Position numbers and translations under genes: made by a program. DNA of 64,000 bases from Felis catus (taxonomy: Eukaryota). This document shows positions 62,441 through 64,000 of this stretch, one piece after another. The notes under the pieces were generated by a model. That model ran no database searches, was not told where the DNA came from, and saw only the letters and a list, made by a program, of their open reading frames with translations. The stretch is taken from positions 87,422,001 through 87,486,000 of the forward strand of contig NC_058368.1 of assembly GCF_018350175.1 (NCBI RefSeq), given 5' to 3'. Positions within the stretch are counted from its first letter, which is position 1. The number at the start of each line of letters is the position of its first letter.

Positions 62441-62622
62441 TTTTTTTTTTAAGTTTATTTATTTATTTTGAGAGAGTACACAAGTAGGGGAGGGGCAGAA
62501 AGAAAGAATCCCAAGCAGACCCCTACTGTCACCACAGAGCCCAGTGTGGGGGCTCCAACTCATGAACCCCTGAGATCATGACAAAGTCAGACATGTAACA
62601 ACTGAGACACCCAGGAGGCCCC
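62441..62622 (-). mobile_element. CAN-SINE
   Basis: Reverse SINE body. Confidence 0.82.
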
Positions 62623-63276
62623 CTTTCATGCTTTCTTAAATGGAAAGCCAAAGAAACACATTTAACATTGCATGTGTATGTATGTGTAAAACAAGAACAA
62701 ATTTCAGAGAATACCCTGACACAGAGTTCTATCATCAGCACTGTGCTTGTCCTAAAAGTTGAAACACACAAGAAAATTCCTTACATTTTCTTCCTTCCAC
62801 AGTCCTGCTTCTTTTTGCTGTTCTGAATAAAACCCAGACTCCTCTAACTCCTCTTTCAAATGTATATTTGCATGGCTTTTTAAATGCGTATTCCACCTTA
62901 ACTGCGGTTGCTTGAGATTGGGTTTCAAAATGGGTATCTCAATGGCTTTTCCAAAGTACTTTGTGTGTTTTCTTTTGAGGACTTCCCCAGATGGGCAGGC
63001 GATCCCCAAACTATTTCTGGTGGGGAGGTGTCTCCTTTTCTTCTCTGAAACAATCCATGAAATTGCGGAGATAAGAACAGTGGTGAAGTAACCAGTGATT
63101 TCTGGCTGCTGGACGCTCCCCTCATTCTTCCTTCTTGCAGTTTGAGAAAACAAAAACCCTATCTCAGAAATACCATAGTCTTATTTCCAAAACTAGGGCA
63201 ATGACATCTAATCTCCACTAGTTTTTTCAGTTAAAAAAATATATATATATGTGTGTGTATATATATATATATACAT

Positions 63277-63330
<54 letters not shown>

Positions 63331-63339
63331 CAGTAACAC

Positions 63340-63860
63340 TGGCGTTGACCCGCTACTGTAAGCCACGCACAACTCATAAAGGAAACACCAGTCTAAGACC
63401 AGTTGGGAGGATTTGTTGCGAGGCTCCAGGTGTAGAGAAAGGCTCTTCGACATTCAGCGGGCCGGCAGTACCCGCCCCTACCCCCCGCCAAACTCATGGA
63501 TCCTTCCAAAAGTCCCCCAGTAAGAAGGAAGGTTCCAAAAAGTCTTAGTACAGGGTTTGGGGACGTTTCTGGAAGAGGAAGGAAAGGGAAAGCCGCATTG
63601 CCCCCAAATCAAATAGAACCCGGTGAGGAGTTGCAGTAAATGGAGACGTAAGTTCATACCCGAAGGCGATCCCCCTCTGGCGGTGGTTCTGCACTCGTGA
63701 GTTTACTAACTTCTCACTCGCGAGGGTGCTGCATCTGCTGGGCGCGCACCTGCCGCCGCGCACGAGCCCGCGCATGAGCCCCGCTTCCGCTCTGGCTGTT
63801 ACTGCTTTAATTCGTCGTCAACCGTAGGTGGGAACAATCCAGACGCGGGGGGCAGTCTAG
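63340..63860. promoter_or_regulatory. CpG-rich promoter-like region (possibly the promoter of the neighbouring gene; ZNF496 by recalled human synteny)
   Basis: Sharp rise in CpG density; NRF1-like GCGCATGAGC/GCGCACGAGC (63758-63779), ETS CTTCCG (63784-63789), TCGCGA (63718-63723). No coding sequence present to confirm the gene. Confidence 0.6.
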
Positions 63861-63902
63861 CTTCCTTTTCAAAGGACATGTCCTAGGACAATTATTCGCT
63901 GT

Positions 63903-64000
63903 TAACGTTTGTTTATGTTTTACATTTATTTATTTTTGAGAGAGAGAGAGAGAGAGAGCGCACAAGTGGTGGAGGGGCAGAGAGATTAAGAGACACAGAA
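63903..64000 (-). mobile_element. CAN-SINE (tail part, truncated by window edge)
   Basis: TTTATTTATTTTTGAGAGAGAG...GGGGCAGAGAG...GACACAGAA. Confidence 0.85.

Overview
Mammalian genomic DNA from a felid: the SINEs are SINEC_Fc-type CAN-SINEs, including one very young CpG-intact copy, and the L1s are carnivore/cat-type. The left 8.5 kb holds the 5' end of NLRP3 on the minus strand. This comprises a TATA promoter, a ~21-nt first exon, a 62-nt 5'UTR exon, the PYD exon, a 99-nt linker/polybasic exon and the start of the FISNA/NACHT exon, which runs off the window. The remaining ~55 kb is repeat-dense upstream intergenic DNA. It contains ~40 CAN-SINEs, a ~10 kb nested L1/SINE stack (including a disabled full-length L1) splitting an old MER3 MITE, an HNRNPA3 processed pseudogene, and MLT/MER LTRs and hAT MITEs. 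It also contains a complete but defective 6.65 kb ERV1-class provirus (PBS-Glu, deleted gag/pol) with a frameshifted HERV-W/syncytin-1-like RDR-group env. The window ends in a CpG-rich promoter-like region, by synteny possibly ZNF496. I found no intact novel protein-coding system. The most notable items are the W-like env provirus, NLRP3 5'UTR uORFs, an apparent parallel SINE/Alu insertion, and a short microhomology-flanked copy of HNRNPA3 3'UTR. Repeat family names and human comparisons come from recall of consensus/RefSeq sequences, not from searches, and repeat boundaries are approximate.
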